Origin: an uncultured virus (IMG/VR IMGVR_UViG_3300048442_000810)
Taxonomy: Duplodnaviria > Heunggongvirae > Uroviricota > Caudoviricetes
Direction: 5' to 3' (one strand)
Length of the DNA: 64,000 bases
IMG/VR virus record: IMGVR_UViG_3300048442_000810
The notes beneath the pieces are model-generated. The model saw only the letters and a program-made list of their open reading frames with translations. It was not told where the DNA came from and did no database searches. The first letter of the stretch is position 1. Each line of letters starts with the position of its first letter. The position numbers were made by a program, and so were the translations under genes. Of the stretch, positions 38,452 to 47,944 are shown one piece after another.

Positions 38452-40718
38452 TACTTTCTTCCTAAAAATATACCAAGAAGAATACCTGCAATTCCTCCTA
38501 TCAGCATTGTGTTATGCTCTTCATTTCCTTTTTTCTTTACCTCTCCACCTTTTGCATAACCTCTTTCAGCTTTTATTTCTTCAATAGCATCTTGATATGT
38601 TTCATCCGTAGGAGTTCCATCTTCATTATATCCATCAAGTTCAGGATGTTTTTCAAGCCATTCTATTATTTCTTGATGTGATATTTCTCCACCTTTTGCA
38701 AAATCTTCTTTATCAAGTTCTAATGCCTCTAATAATTCTTCTTTAGTGTTTATGGGTGTCGGTGTATTCATAGAATTTCCTAACCATATTTCATAAAGTT
38801 CTTCTCTTGATGGGTTGTTTTCAAGAACTTCCTCTATGTGCGAAACATCAATACCATCATTATTCATATCATCTATATACATACGAACTATCTCCTCACT
38901 ATTTACATTATCCCAATCTCCCTCGCCCTTATCTTGTAAATAATCATAAAATTCTCCAAAAGACATATCCTTAATAGAGCCACCTTTAGCAAAGTCCAAT
39001 TTAGGTGTCCACTCTACTACTTTATATTGAATAGAACTACTCATTCTTTGCAGTTTATTTTTTTCGTCTTGAGCATCTTTGTATGATAGATATTTTTTGC
39101 CACCCGTTAAAAACTTCTCATCTTTCCATTTTGGAACTCCTAAATCATATTTACTTTTTTCTTGAATTTTGTAAATCTTTCCTTGTGTTTTACCACCTTT
39201 AGCAAATCTGTTTTTTTCTTCTACATATTTTAAACCTTGATTAGATAGTTTATATTCTCCTTTATTTATTAATCTTGCCCAATTTTCAGCTTCTTTTTTT
39301 GTTTTATAAGAAGGGTTTGAGTATGTACTTCCATATTTTTTTAAGTAGTATTTTCCGTTAGTTCCATAAACAGATACTTCCCCACCTTTTGCAAAAGTTT
39401 CTAAATTTTTAACCATTGCTTCAACTCTTCTTCCATTTGTTGCTTCAACTATTGCCACACCCCCATCATCTCCATCTGCTCTTAATTTTATTATTTCTTC
39501 TACTTTACCACTTTGTCCTTTTCCCATACCACTTATTGAATGTGGGAAATTGTCTTTTGTTGCTCTAACCACATCTCCTACTTCAATTTTACCACCTTTA
39601 GCATAAGATTGAACACCATCTTCATCTACTTCCCAAAGATAACCTTGTTGACTCATAATTTGAGATTTATATGCACCATCTTCAATACTTGAAAGTGCAA
39701 TTTCTAATGCCTCACTATATGTTTTTACTTCTTTATCTAAACTTGGCTTATTGCTATTGTATCTTGCTTTACTTTTCCAAACCTCAACTGAAAAAGGACT
39801 ATCTTTTTTAGGCTCTACTTCGCCACCTTTTGCGAACTCTAATTTCTCTTTTTTATAGACTTCATATGGAAATAAAAATTGAGCAGAATACAACTTCATT
39901 TCACCTTTTTTCCAAAGTTCTATTTCTTTTTCAGTAGGTGCAGAAAACTCATCCCAATCACTACCTTTTTCGTGCTTTACAAGAGCACTTGTTTGAATAG
40001 TATCTTCATCAACATAAAAATCCTCTTCTTTCATATCTGCGTATGAAACAAAATCATTTAAAGTTTCAAATAAATCTTTTTTATTAGTAAACTTAGTTTT
40101 ATATGGAAAATCATTTTCACCTAAGTAATATGAATGAAATTGGTCTTGCTCTCCCTCTTCATAAGAATCTTCGTAAAAAGTAACATCAGCACCCTTTATT
40201 TGGTATGTTTTTCCAACTTCCCCACCTTTTGCATAATCTTCGTGTTCTATTCCAAAATTATCATAATCCTCAATATCGTTTTTACTATCTATTAAGCCCT
40301 CTGATTCTTCGCTAATGTTTATTCCATAAATCTCTATTTTATCCCAATTTTTCTCTGCAAACGACTTGCTTACTTCTTGAAATTTATATCCATCAGAGAA
40401 TGTTATAAAACCGCCTTTAGCAAATTTTGCTTTTTGTTTCTTAGCATCTTGAACGGTTTTGTATATGCCTCCTAAATCTTTCTTGATGTCTTTAATTTTG
40501 TTCTCTCTGTCCTTAATAGATTTCTTTTCTCTATCAATGCCACTTTCTAAATTATTAATTTGATTTTCGGAACTTGTAATATCTTTACGAATGCTTTTTA
40601 TCTCATCTCTACCTTCATTGATTTCTTTATCGCCTTTTTTAGCAACATTACCCATAGCTTTAGCAAGTTCAATTTGACCTCCTCTTTCGTAACTATTATT
40701 TCTATTTCCTCTTTTCAT
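38451..40718 (-). CDS. KGG-linker polyprotein (755 aa) with membrane anchor
   Basis: Nine [FY]AKGG plus one YERGG separating unrelated modules of about 45-130 aa; ends MLIGGIAGILLGIFLGRK. Confidence 0.8.
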   Translation of the reverse strand: MKRGNRNNSYERGGQIELAKAMGNVAKKGDKEINEGRDEIKSIRKDITSSENQINNLESGIDREKKSIKDRENKIKDIKKDLGGIYKTVQDAKKQKAKFAKGGFITFSDGYKFQEVSKSFAEKNWDKIEIYGINISEESEGLIDSKNDIEDYDNFGIEHEDYAKGGEVGKTYQIKGADVTFYEDSYEEGEQDQFHSYYLGENDFPYKTKFTNKKDLFETLNDFVSYADMKEEDFYVDEDTIQTSALVKHEKGSDWDEFSAPTEKEIELWKKGEMKLYSAQFLFPYEVYKKEKLEFAKGGEVEPKKDSPFSVEVWKSKARYNSNKPSLDKEVKTYSEALEIALSSIEDGAYKSQIMSQQGYLWEVDEDGVQSYAKGGKIEVGDVVRATKDNFPHSISGMGKGQSGKVEEIIKLRADGDDGGVAIVEATNGRRVEAMVKNLETFAKGGEVSVYGTNGKYYLKKYGSTYSNPSYKTKKEAENWARLINKGEYKLSNQGLKYVEEKNRFAKGGKTQGKIYKIQEKSKYDLGVPKWKDEKFLTGGKKYLSYKDAQDEKNKLQRMSSSIQYKVVEWTPKLDFAKGGSIKDMSFGEFYDYLQDKGEGDWDNVNSEEIVRMYIDDMNNDGIDVSHIEEVLENNPSREELYEIWLGNSMNTPTPINTKEELLEALELDKEDFAKGGEISHQEIIEWLEKHPELDGYNEDGTPTDETYQDAIEEIKAERGYAKGGEVKKKGNEEHNTMLIGGIAGILLGIFLGRK

Positions 40719-40720
40719 AA

Positions 40721-41758
40721 TTATCTTCCTATAAAAAATGCACCAAGTAAAATACCTGCTATCCCTCCTACAAGTAAAGTTTGATTATTATTATCTTCAG
40801 TATTATCAACTTTTTTTGCTTCTACTTTTTCAATTTTATCATCACATTTATCTTTAGTGATAGTTGCTTTTCTTAAAGCACCTTTTTCCTTCTTTAGTTT
40901 AGCAATTTCTTTGTCTTTTTCTCTTCTTAGCTTAACATATCTATCTCTGTCAATTTTACCTTCAACAGAGCCTCCACGAGCCATTTTTATTTTCTCTATG
41001 CTTCTAACTCCATTTGCAAGTTGCTCTCCTTTGTTAAAATCTTCAATAGATTTATAATTAGTTTCAAAACCTTCATTATGCTCATTAATAAATTCCATAG
41101 CTTCTGATTTTGTTAGATATTCAGTAGCATCTTCATCATCAGATTCACGATATACATATCCACCTTTAGCCATTTTTCTTTTGCCTTTATCCATTGTAGA
41201 TACATCAGCATACTTTCTTCTACCCATAGATTTTTCCATTCCTGCACTTTCTCTCATTCTACTGTCTAAAGATTGAGATTTTTTTCCTCTGTTTCTTTCT
41301 CCTATGCTTTCTCTATCTCTGTCATCATAACCCTGAGTTTTTCCACCTTCCATAAACATTCTATCGCCTTTGTCCATAGTGTCTACACTTGAATATGCTC
41401 TACGACCTAGATTTTTATTAGCTGCTTTGCTTTCATCTCTTCGGTCTTTTAATGTTTGTGTATAATTGCTTTCTCTTCCAAGTCTAGTTCCTAAATCTTC
41501 ATTTAACTTGTCGTTATACCCTTGTGGTTTATCGGTTTCTCCTCCTTTAGCCATCTTTTTCTTATTTGCTATTTGTTGCATATTTAAAGCAAATTGTGCT
41601 CTTTCACGAGTTCTTTCTGAAAAGTCAGTTGGATTATCTTTTACTTTTTTAGCAAAATCTTGAACGGACATACCTGCATCAGTAGCTTGTTTAGTAAACG
41701 CACCAACAGTTCCTTTTTTTTCCATTTCTTTATCTACATTTTGAATCCAATCTGCCAT
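40721..41758 (-). CDS. KGG-linker polyprotein (345 aa) with membrane anchor
   Basis: MAKGG x2, FMEGG, MARGG; two paralogous QGY.D...TMDKG modules; ends LLVGGIAGILLGAFFIGR. Confidence 0.8.
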   Translation of the reverse strand: MADWIQNVDKEMEKKGTVGAFTKQATDAGMSVQDFAKKVKDNPTDFSERTRERAQFALNMQQIANKKKMAKGGETDKPQGYNDKLNEDLGTRLGRESNYTQTLKDRRDESKAANKNLGRRAYSSVDTMDKGDRMFMEGGKTQGYDDRDRESIGERNRGKKSQSLDSRMRESAGMEKSMGRRKYADVSTMDKGKRKMAKGGYVYRESDDEDATEYLTKSEAMEFINEHNEGFETNYKSIEDFNKGEQLANGVRSIEKIKMARGGSVEGKIDRDRYVKLRREKDKEIAKLKKEKGALRKATITKDKCDDKIEKVEAKKVDNTEDNNNQTLLVGGIAGILLGAFFIGR

Positions 41759-41762
41759 ATTA

Positions 41763-42266
41763 TTAATTTTTTTTCATTATTAAATAACCTAAAACTAAAA
41801 CAACTGCTCCAATACCTAAATACATTGCCATATTGCTATCATCATCTGAGCCTGATGTAACACCTGCTGCTACACTATCATCGTTTACATCATAAGAGGT
41901 CAAGTCATCTGAATCAACTCCTAAATCTTCATCTATAACTTCATCAATCTCTTCTTGATTACTTGGTTGTTCCGAAATAGTCATTTCTGATAATTCATCA
42001 TTAAAATCACTAAGATTCATAGATGTACCACCTTTTACTGTAACTTCTTTTCCGGGGTATCGTGAGTCTGATGGTCCGTGTTCTCTTAATGTTGCACTAT
42101 ATCCATCTCTTACTGAAATATGTGATGCATCATCATTTGGAAAATCAGTATCTCCTAAAAAAGTACCTTCTCCAAAATTTTCTTGCCATCCCGGAAATCT
42201 ACTATCACCATCTCCGTGTTGAGATAATGTTACTGCTCCTGTTTGTCCAAACCAAATATCACTCAT
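41763..42266 (-). CDS. Beta/gamma-crystallin-like domain with C-terminal anchor
   Basis: Duplicated L..HG..DSR.PG unit, FPNDDAS.I.V..G...TL.EH and FNDELS Greek-key-like motifs; acidic linker; TM. Confidence 0.6.
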   Translation of the reverse strand: MSDIWFGQTGAVTLSQHGDGDSRFPGWQENFGEGTFLGDTDFPNDDASHISVRDGYSATLREHGPSDSRYPGKEVTVKGGTSMNLSDFNDELSEMTISEQPSNQEEIDEVIDEDLGVDSDDLTSYDVNDDSVAAGVTSGSDDDSNMAMYLGIGAVVLVLGYLIMKKN

Positions 42267-42367
42267 ATCTATTTATTTATTAAAAACATTTTTGTTCATA
42301 TACCATAATCCTACGGCTATAATTGACCAAAATACTATTCTAGGTTTTCTTTTCTTTTCTTTTGCCA

Positions 42368-42848
42368 TTATCCTTCAGGGTTAAATGTTGCTTCCGGCAA
42401 CTCCGGTCTTGGAGGTGCAGGAGCCATTGGAGCCTCTGCTACAGGTGAAGGCACAGTGTGGGGTAGGAGTATAGTCTACTTCTCCACCGTGGTCAAACTC
42501 TGCTCCATCTTCTTTCTCAAAGAATAATTTATATCCTACATAAACAATTCCTAAAAGCACCAATGCATCAAAAATCTCTCTCTTGTTTCTTTGAAAGAAA
42601 TTTCTTTTCCTAGACAATTCTTTTTTCTTGTATTGTTTTATGCTACTTTTTTGCATATCCTCAACCCAATCTGAATTTCCATCATCGCTGACTTCCATTT
42701 TTCCATCAACGACATAAGTTTCTTCAGAATTTTTTTGAGTGTCAGAGCCTTTAGGTTCAGATAGTTTCTTGTCTATAAGACCCCATCTTTCCTGTTCTTC
42801 TCTGTCATCTACAAAGCCATTACTTTTAAAACCTGCATCTATACTCAT
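42368..42848 (-). CDS. Membrane protein with probable frameshift near 42458
   Basis: Track ORF stops at 42381, but the +1 frame gives Pro-rich TVPSPVAEAPMAPAPPRPELPEATFNPEG ending in TAATG coupling; contains FDHGG. Confidence 0.6.
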
Positions 42849-43012
42849 AACTTAATTATTTTTGTTCTCTTGCTACATTTCTACCTTTTTGCCACCCATA
42901 TCCAAGTGCAAAAAACATTGCTCCTGTTAACACAAGAGAAACTGCGAAAGTGCCAATATTCATTTTTTGTTTTGCCATTTTATTATTATTTAATTGTTAC
43001 AATTATTTATTA

Positions 43013-43399
43013 TTAAAGCATTGCATTATTATAATACTCTTCACTTGCCTGACCATATACTGCATTAGGGTACATTGATTTAAATGCTTCAAATGGTGAT
43101 TGTTCTGATTTTAATGCTGCTTCGGTGTTTGAACCAAATTTTCCATCAACTTTTAAACCATAACTTCCTGCATCATTTAAAAATCTTTGTAAATTTTCTA
43201 CTTTTACTCCTCCGCTACCTTTTTTTAATGGAAAGCCTCTTCCTGAAAATTTATCTACTGTTTTAATATTAGGGCTATTATTTGTTCCATTATTACTTGG
43301 GGTAATTCTAACTCTACTAGGTCTTAATAGATAATATAGACCTACTCCTGTTCCGAGTACACCTACAACTATTAATGTTATTTTTAAGTTTTTATTCAT
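43013..43399 (-). CDS. N-anchored peptidoglycan-binding (PG_binding_1) protein
   Basis: LKKGS.G..V..LQ..LN......VDG.FG..TE.AL. Confidence 0.8.
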   Translation of the reverse strand: MNKNLKITLIVVGVLGTGVGLYYLLRPSRVRITPSNNGTNNSPNIKTVDKFSGRGFPLKKGSGGVKVENLQRFLNDAGSYGLKVDGKFGSNTEAALKSEQSPFEAFKSMYPNAVYGQASEEYYNNAML

Positions 43400-43404
43400 A
43401 ATTA

Positions 43405-43854
43405 TTAATCATTAAACCACATTTGGTCATTATATCCTCCAAAACCTTGTTGATTAAAATTAGAGTATGATTCTCCATCAAATCCTATACTATTTCTTCC
43501 TCTAACGGAGCCACAACTTGCAGGGCTATTACTATAATTACCCAAAGAACCACAGTTACCTTGAGATGTTAGTGTTGTAAAGTTTGAACCCGGCATTGGC
43601 ATTCCCACACCTTGACATCCTTGTGGATAGCAAAATCCTGTGTAGGTACAACTTCCATCATCTGTATTTGCTCCCGGACTATAATTGTTTGCACTAGAAT
43701 CAGTACAACCGCTAATAGTATATTCACACGGACAATCAACCGTTGGTGGTGGTGGTGGTGGTGGTACATTTATATTTGCTGCTGCATTAAAGAATTCATC
43801 TCTTGAAATGTAAGAGTTAAATCCATCTTGGTCGTTATTTAGTAAAAAAGCCAT
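43405..43854 (-). CDS. Cys-rich protein with GCTD repeat, no TM
   Basis: GCTD..A.NY.P.A..DDGSC; C-terminus YSNFNQ.GFGGYNDQMWFND shared with 50168..50626. Confidence 0.7.
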   Translation of the reverse strand: MAFLLNNDQDGFNSYISRDEFFNAAANINVPPPPPPPTVDCPCEYTISGCTDSSANNYSPGANTDDGSCTYTGFCYPQGCQGVGMPMPGSNFTTLTSQGNCGSLGNYSNSPASCGSVRGRNSIGFDGESYSNFNQQGFGGYNDQMWFND

Positions 43855-43872
43855 TTTTTTTTATTTTTTATA

Positions 43873-44538
43873 TTAATAATCCCCCATCATAAAGGTTCCA
43901 TCAAATCCTCTTGAATATGGTACACCTGTATTTACATTAGTTACTACATTTCCTGAATTAGGAGAAGTAGAACATCCGACTGTTGCATTAGGATTATAGT
44001 TATCTGCCAATGGGTCAGTACATCCTACTATTTGAACAGGAGGATATTGACAACTTCCATCATCTGCAACTGCTAAAGAATCATAGTTTAATGCTGAAGG
44101 GTCCATACATCCTGCTATTGGCATTGGTGGTGGATTTAATTGACAAGTTCCATCATCACTATTTGCATTAGGATTGAAATTAACTGCCTGTGGGTTGGTA
44201 CACCCAAATACTGTGTAAGTACAACTTCCATCATCTGTATTTGCTCCCGGTGCAAAATTATTTGCATTAGAATCAGTACAACCTAAAATTTTTTGTGGAG
44301 GTGGCGGTAAAATAGTTATTGGGTCATCCGTATCTAGTGGAGGAAAGGTTGGTTGTGGTGTTACAATTAATGGCTCCTCTACATATATTGGCATTGAAGG
44401 CGGAACAACAATTGGCTCTGTTGGTGGCAATGTTGGTTCGGTATTGCTTACTATAGCAACCGTTTCATCCTTTTTCTTGTTAAGAAGTAAGTAGGCAGCC
44501 ACACCGATGCCTAATAATCCCAATAATTTGTTGTCCAT
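43873..44538 (-). CDS. N-anchored protein with four GC[TM][DN]..A.N[YF]...A..DDG.C repeats
   Basis: Repeats visible (the fourth is partial); ends RGFDGTFMMGDY. Confidence 0.75.
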   Translation of the reverse strand: MDNKLLGLLGIGVAAYLLLNKKKDETVAIVSNTEPTLPPTEPIVVPPSMPIYVEEPLIVTPQPTFPPLDTDDPITILPPPPQKILGCTDSNANNFAPGANTDDGSCTYTVFGCTNPQAVNFNPNANSDDGTCQLNPPPMPIAGCMDPSALNYDSLAVADDGSCQYPPVQIVGCTDPLADNYNPNATVGCSTSPNSGNVVTNVNTGVPYSRGFDGTFMMGDY

Positions 44539-44544
44539 TTTTCT

Positions 44545-44784
44545 CTATTTTGTTAGTTCTTTCTTTAGTTTTTCAGCATCATTTTCATTAAAACCATCAA
44601 GAATTGTTTGCGATGTTCCGGAAACAGGTGTGGTAGGATTTGTCACATTTGCTACACTACCGTTTGAAATGGCAGTATTTTTAGTAGCAGTTGTGCTTTC
44701 TCCTTGTTTACGAGAAAATATCCTGTGAAGGATAAATGTTGCAGCAATGGCTCCGATGATATATGTTAATGGTACTTTTTTCAT
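44545..44784 (-). CDS. Small N-anchored protein
   Basis: N-terminal TM. Confidence 0.6.
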   Translation of the reverse strand: MKKVPLTYIIGAIAATFILHRIFSRKQGESTTATKNTAISNGSVANVTNPTTPVSGTSQTILDGFNENDAEKLKKELTK

Positions 44785-44985
44785 TACTATTTTTTCTTTC
44801 TAGCTTTTTTTTCTTTAACTACAGGCTCTTCTACAACAGGTGGTGGTGGAGGAGGTGCCGGTAATTCTCCTGTTAAATCTACAGTTCCATAGGTATTAAT
44901 TTCTTTTACTCCCCATCCTAATGCTTTATAATGCTTAAACATTATGCTTTTTTGTCTTGCGTTCATAGTTTTTAATTTTTTTTAA

Positions 44986-45240
44986 TTATTTCCAAAATTT
45001 AACTACTGCGGTAATTATAATACCCCATATTGTAGTTACGGCAGTTACTCCTCCCATAATTTTGTTTTTAAATGTTTTATCTTCGGCTATGTACTCAGAG
45101 TGCTCATTTACTTGTTCAATCAAGCCTTTTTGACCAAACTCTGCATCACCACATACCGCATTAGCTAATCTCTCAATAAGAACACTTTGTTTAGTTAGTT
45201 CTTGCTTTATGTATGTTATATTCTCTTTTTGCGTTGCCAT
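44986..45240 (-). CDS. Coiled-coil plus C-terminal TM protein
   Basis: ATG at 45240 (MATQKE); hydrophobic C-terminus. Confidence 0.6.
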   Translation of the reverse strand: MATQKENITYIKQELTKQSVLIERLANAVCGDAEFGQKGLIEQVNEHSEYIAEDKTFKNKIMGGVTAVTTIWGIIITAVVKFWK

Positions 45241-45242
45241 AA

Positions 45243-45521
45243 TTACATTGCTACTACTATACCTGTGCTTCCTGCTCCACAAGTAATATCCAATACACCT
45301 AAATTTCTATTATCAGGGTTTTGGATTGTTATACTTTCATTTGCTTTTAAAACAATATTATTTGAATCATCCCCTCCTATACTTCCTGTGCCTAGAATAG
45401 TAATTCCATTGGCTCCCGTATTATCTGTTTTACATAAGACAGAAATATATGTTATTCCCATACTTAATGTTGTAGATACCGTGTCAGTTGCGGTTAGGGT
45501 TCTTGTAAATATTGCACTCAT
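45243..45521 (-). CDS. Small beta-rich protein (structural candidate)
   Basis: Thr/Gly/Ile-rich alternating pattern. Confidence 0.55.
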   Translation of the reverse strand: MSAIFTRTLTATDTVSTTLSMGITYISVLCKTDNTGANGITILGTGSIGGDDSNNIVLKANESITIQNPDNRNLGVLDITCGAGSTGIVVAM

Positions 45522-45522
45522 A

Positions 45523-45963
45523 TTATCCTATATTTCCTAATATCTCTTCAGGCTTATCGAATAGCCAATTGAAAGATATTTGTTTAAAAAATTCGTTGTT
45601 GTGATAGGCTAACATATATACTTTATTAGCATCGCTATCTTTTGTTACTATTACAGATGACATTTCGTTTACATCTGTGTTTTTTTCTTCTGCTAATCTT
45701 ATAATAGATTGTTGTAAAAAAGGTGCGGTTAAAAACTCTCTTTGTTTAAAGTCAAACTTTACATCTAAAATTTCGTTGAAAGTTAAGTCACTTATTTTTT
45801 CATAATCTTTCATATAAGAATATAAAACACTTTTCCCGTTAAACTTAATAACGAGTTGAATGTTTTTTGCATCACAATTGTTTTTATCAGACAACCTTTT
45901 TAGAGCATTGCTCATTATGTCAATCGCTGAATTTACTATTTGTGCTTTTAGTGCCGTGTTCAT
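45523..45963 (-). CDS. Hypothetical protein
   Basis: 146-aa ORF; TATTTTTG box at 45981-45988. Confidence 0.65.
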   Translation of the reverse strand: MNTALKAQIVNSAIDIMSNALKRLSDKNNCDAKNIQLVIKFNGKSVLYSYMKDYEKISDLTFNEILDVKFDFKQREFLTAPFLQQSIIRLAEEKNTDVNEMSSVIVTKDSDANKVYMLAYHNNEFFKQISFNWLFDKPEEILGNIG

Positions 45964-46015
45964 CTTCTAGTTTTTATTTTCAAAAATAATAAAATTATTC
46001 AATTTATCCATTTTT

Positions 46016-46501
46016 TTATCCTATAAAATCACTTGTAGATGCCGTAACATCAATAGGTAAATTATTTATAGTTACTATTCCTGCTCTTACATCTAAGCTA
46101 CCTCTAAGGGTTGCCACTCCCGGTGTCTTATCTACTAATTGATTTATTATTGTTGCAATACCTAATGATAATGACAAATTAGTGTCTGCATTCGCTACTA
46201 CAGGAATTATTACTGAACCTTTTGCAGGAATATTATATTCTTTATCATCAGATGATTTTGCAACTATCTTATTATCAATAATTAAATCAAATTGATACCT
46301 TTTTACTTTTATATTAAAATCCGCAGTATTTGTGAATTTCATTTGAACTTCTATTTTAGTATTGTTATTAGATGTGCCTAAATATGTTACATTTTTTATC
46401 TTATATCCAAATGCTGATAGCAAATTTCTTTGTCTATTTATATAAGTTGCAAATGCAATACCGGCAGCCCCTAAAAGTGTAATAAACCAATACTTTTTCA
46501 T
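46016..46501 (-). CDS. LEA_2/WHy-like domain with N-terminal anchor
   Basis: TM, then F.N...F.I.V......L......VA and IPA.G...I.V pattern. Confidence 0.6.
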   Translation of the reverse strand: MKKYWFITLLGAAGIAFATYINRQRNLLSAFGYKIKNVTYLGTSNNNTKIEVQMKFTNTADFNIKVKRYQFDLIIDNKIVAKSSDDKEYNIPAKGSVIIPVVANADTNLSLSLGIATIINQLVDKTPGVATLRGSLDVRAGIVTINNLPIDVTASTSDFIG

Positions 46502-46507
46502 AGTTAT

Positions 46508-47266
46508 TTAGTCGTTATAAAATTCCGGTTTTGGTCCTGATGCTTTAATTGCCATATATCCTAATGTTGCAACAACTCCTGCCACTAAGACCCATCCAAT
46601 AATTTTAGTTGTGCCATCTCCACCTAATGATGCTTGAGTAGTTGTAGTGGTTGTTCCTGCATTTACATTTGCATTAGGGTCAAATTGTGGAGCCGGTACC
46701 CCCGGTTTTGTCATATTTACTCCTGTTGAAAAGCCTTTATTGATACTATCAAATATATTACCTATTTTACTCCAAGTATTTTGTTTTCTCGCATCAATTT
46801 CTGTTTGAGATAAACAAGTATTTCTTGAACTTGATGTCCATCCTGCCGGTTGTTGATTTTTAGGAAATTGTTGACTGATTGGCATACCGTTTTGGCAAGT
46901 ATGATAAGTTCTCATACCATCTCCACCAAAAATTCCTGATATAAATCCACCTCCACTAGAACTCTCTTCTGTAGCAGGAACTGTTCCTAAATCTACAGGA
47001 GGTAATTCACCTCCATCAACAGTATCGTTATCTCCTCCTCCAAATATTCCGCCTAAAAATCCCGGATGATTACTCCAAGCATCATCTTGTACCTCTCCTG
47101 TAAAACTATTGTATTCAGCAGTACCATTTAATCCATCTCCTTGGTCAACAGAATTCGCTTGAGTATCAGGATTACCTCTCAATCCAAACGGATTTGGTAA
47201 AGGATTATGAAATGTATAATCTTGGGAATCTCCAAAGAAGTTTAAATATTTATCTTCACTTTTCAT
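46508..47266 (-). CDS. Tail-anchored protein with several leader motifs
   Basis: YLNFFG, YNSFTG, WSNHPGFLGG; C-terminal TM; ends PEFYND. Confidence 0.7.
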   Translation of the reverse strand: MKSEDKYLNFFGDSQDYTFHNPLPNPFGLRGNPDTQANSVDQGDGLNGTAEYNSFTGEVQDDAWSNHPGFLGGIFGGGDNDTVDGGELPPVDLGTVPATEESSSGGGFISGIFGGDGMRTYHTCQNGMPISQQFPKNQQPAGWTSSSRNTCLSQTEIDARKQNTWSKIGNIFDSINKGFSTGVNMTKPGVPAPQFDPNANVNAGTTTTTTQASLGGDGTTKIIGWVLVAGVVATLGYMAIKASGPKPEFYND

Positions 47267-47274
47267 ATCTTTTT

Positions 47275-47934
47275 TTATTTTTTCATTATAAGATAGATAG
47301 CAACTGCACCTAATACTAATGCTATCGTTTTATCTATACACTTTTCTTCTCCTTGTACTTTAAATGGAATAGTATATTGGTCATCTCCACATCCACTTGA
47401 CACTACCACAGGTGCCGGTTCAGGCACTACTACTACAGGCACAGGTTCCGGTTCAACCGTAGAAGTTGGTATTTGAGTCACGGTTAGAACAGTAAGTTCT
47501 GAAGATGCAAAGAAACCTGTTGTTCCATTATCCCAAAGTATTTCATATTTTTCAGGATATGTTTTTTGAATATTTCCTGTTACTGTTCCTTCAATCATAT
47601 TAGCACTCATAGGACAAGGTGGCACCAAACAAGCCATATGGCTAACCATACCTACTCTTTGACCTGCTAACAATCTAATTGGCTTAATTCCTCCTGTATT
47701 GGGTGGTGTTGGTGTTGGCACGGGTGGTAAAACATAACCTACATCATTTGCTATTTCTTGTTGTGTTGCTCCCGGAGCAGGTAATCCTGATGCTACAGGT
47801 GTACCCATTGGTATTACTCCTCTATCTACAATGAAATTTCCTGCATTATCTTGAGGACATCCTCCATATATATTATCACAACTAATTCCGTTGTAAGTTT
47901 CTCCTGATTGATTGAACCATAATTTATTATCCAT
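47275..47934 (-). CDS. Tail-anchored Cys/Pro-rich protein
   Basis: Start at 47934 (MDNKLWFNQSG); C-terminal TM then KK. Confidence 0.7.
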   Translation of the reverse strand: MDNKLWFNQSGETYNGISCDNIYGGCPQDNAGNFIVDRGVIPMGTPVASGLPAPGATQQEIANDVGYVLPPVPTPTPPNTGGIKPIRLLAGQRVGMVSHMACLVPPCPMSANMIEGTVTGNIQKTYPEKYEILWDNGTTGFFASSELTVLTVTQIPTSTVEPEPVPVVVVPEPAPVVVSSGCGDDQYTIPFKVQGEEKCIDKTIALVLGAVAIYLIMKK

Positions 47935-47944
47935 AATTTTTTTT

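Noticed and set aside
28699..41758. CRISPR-like or attC-like DNA array at the KGG linkers
   Set aside because: The repeat is only 12 bp, non-palindromic, always in frame and varies at synonymous positions; spacing is irregular
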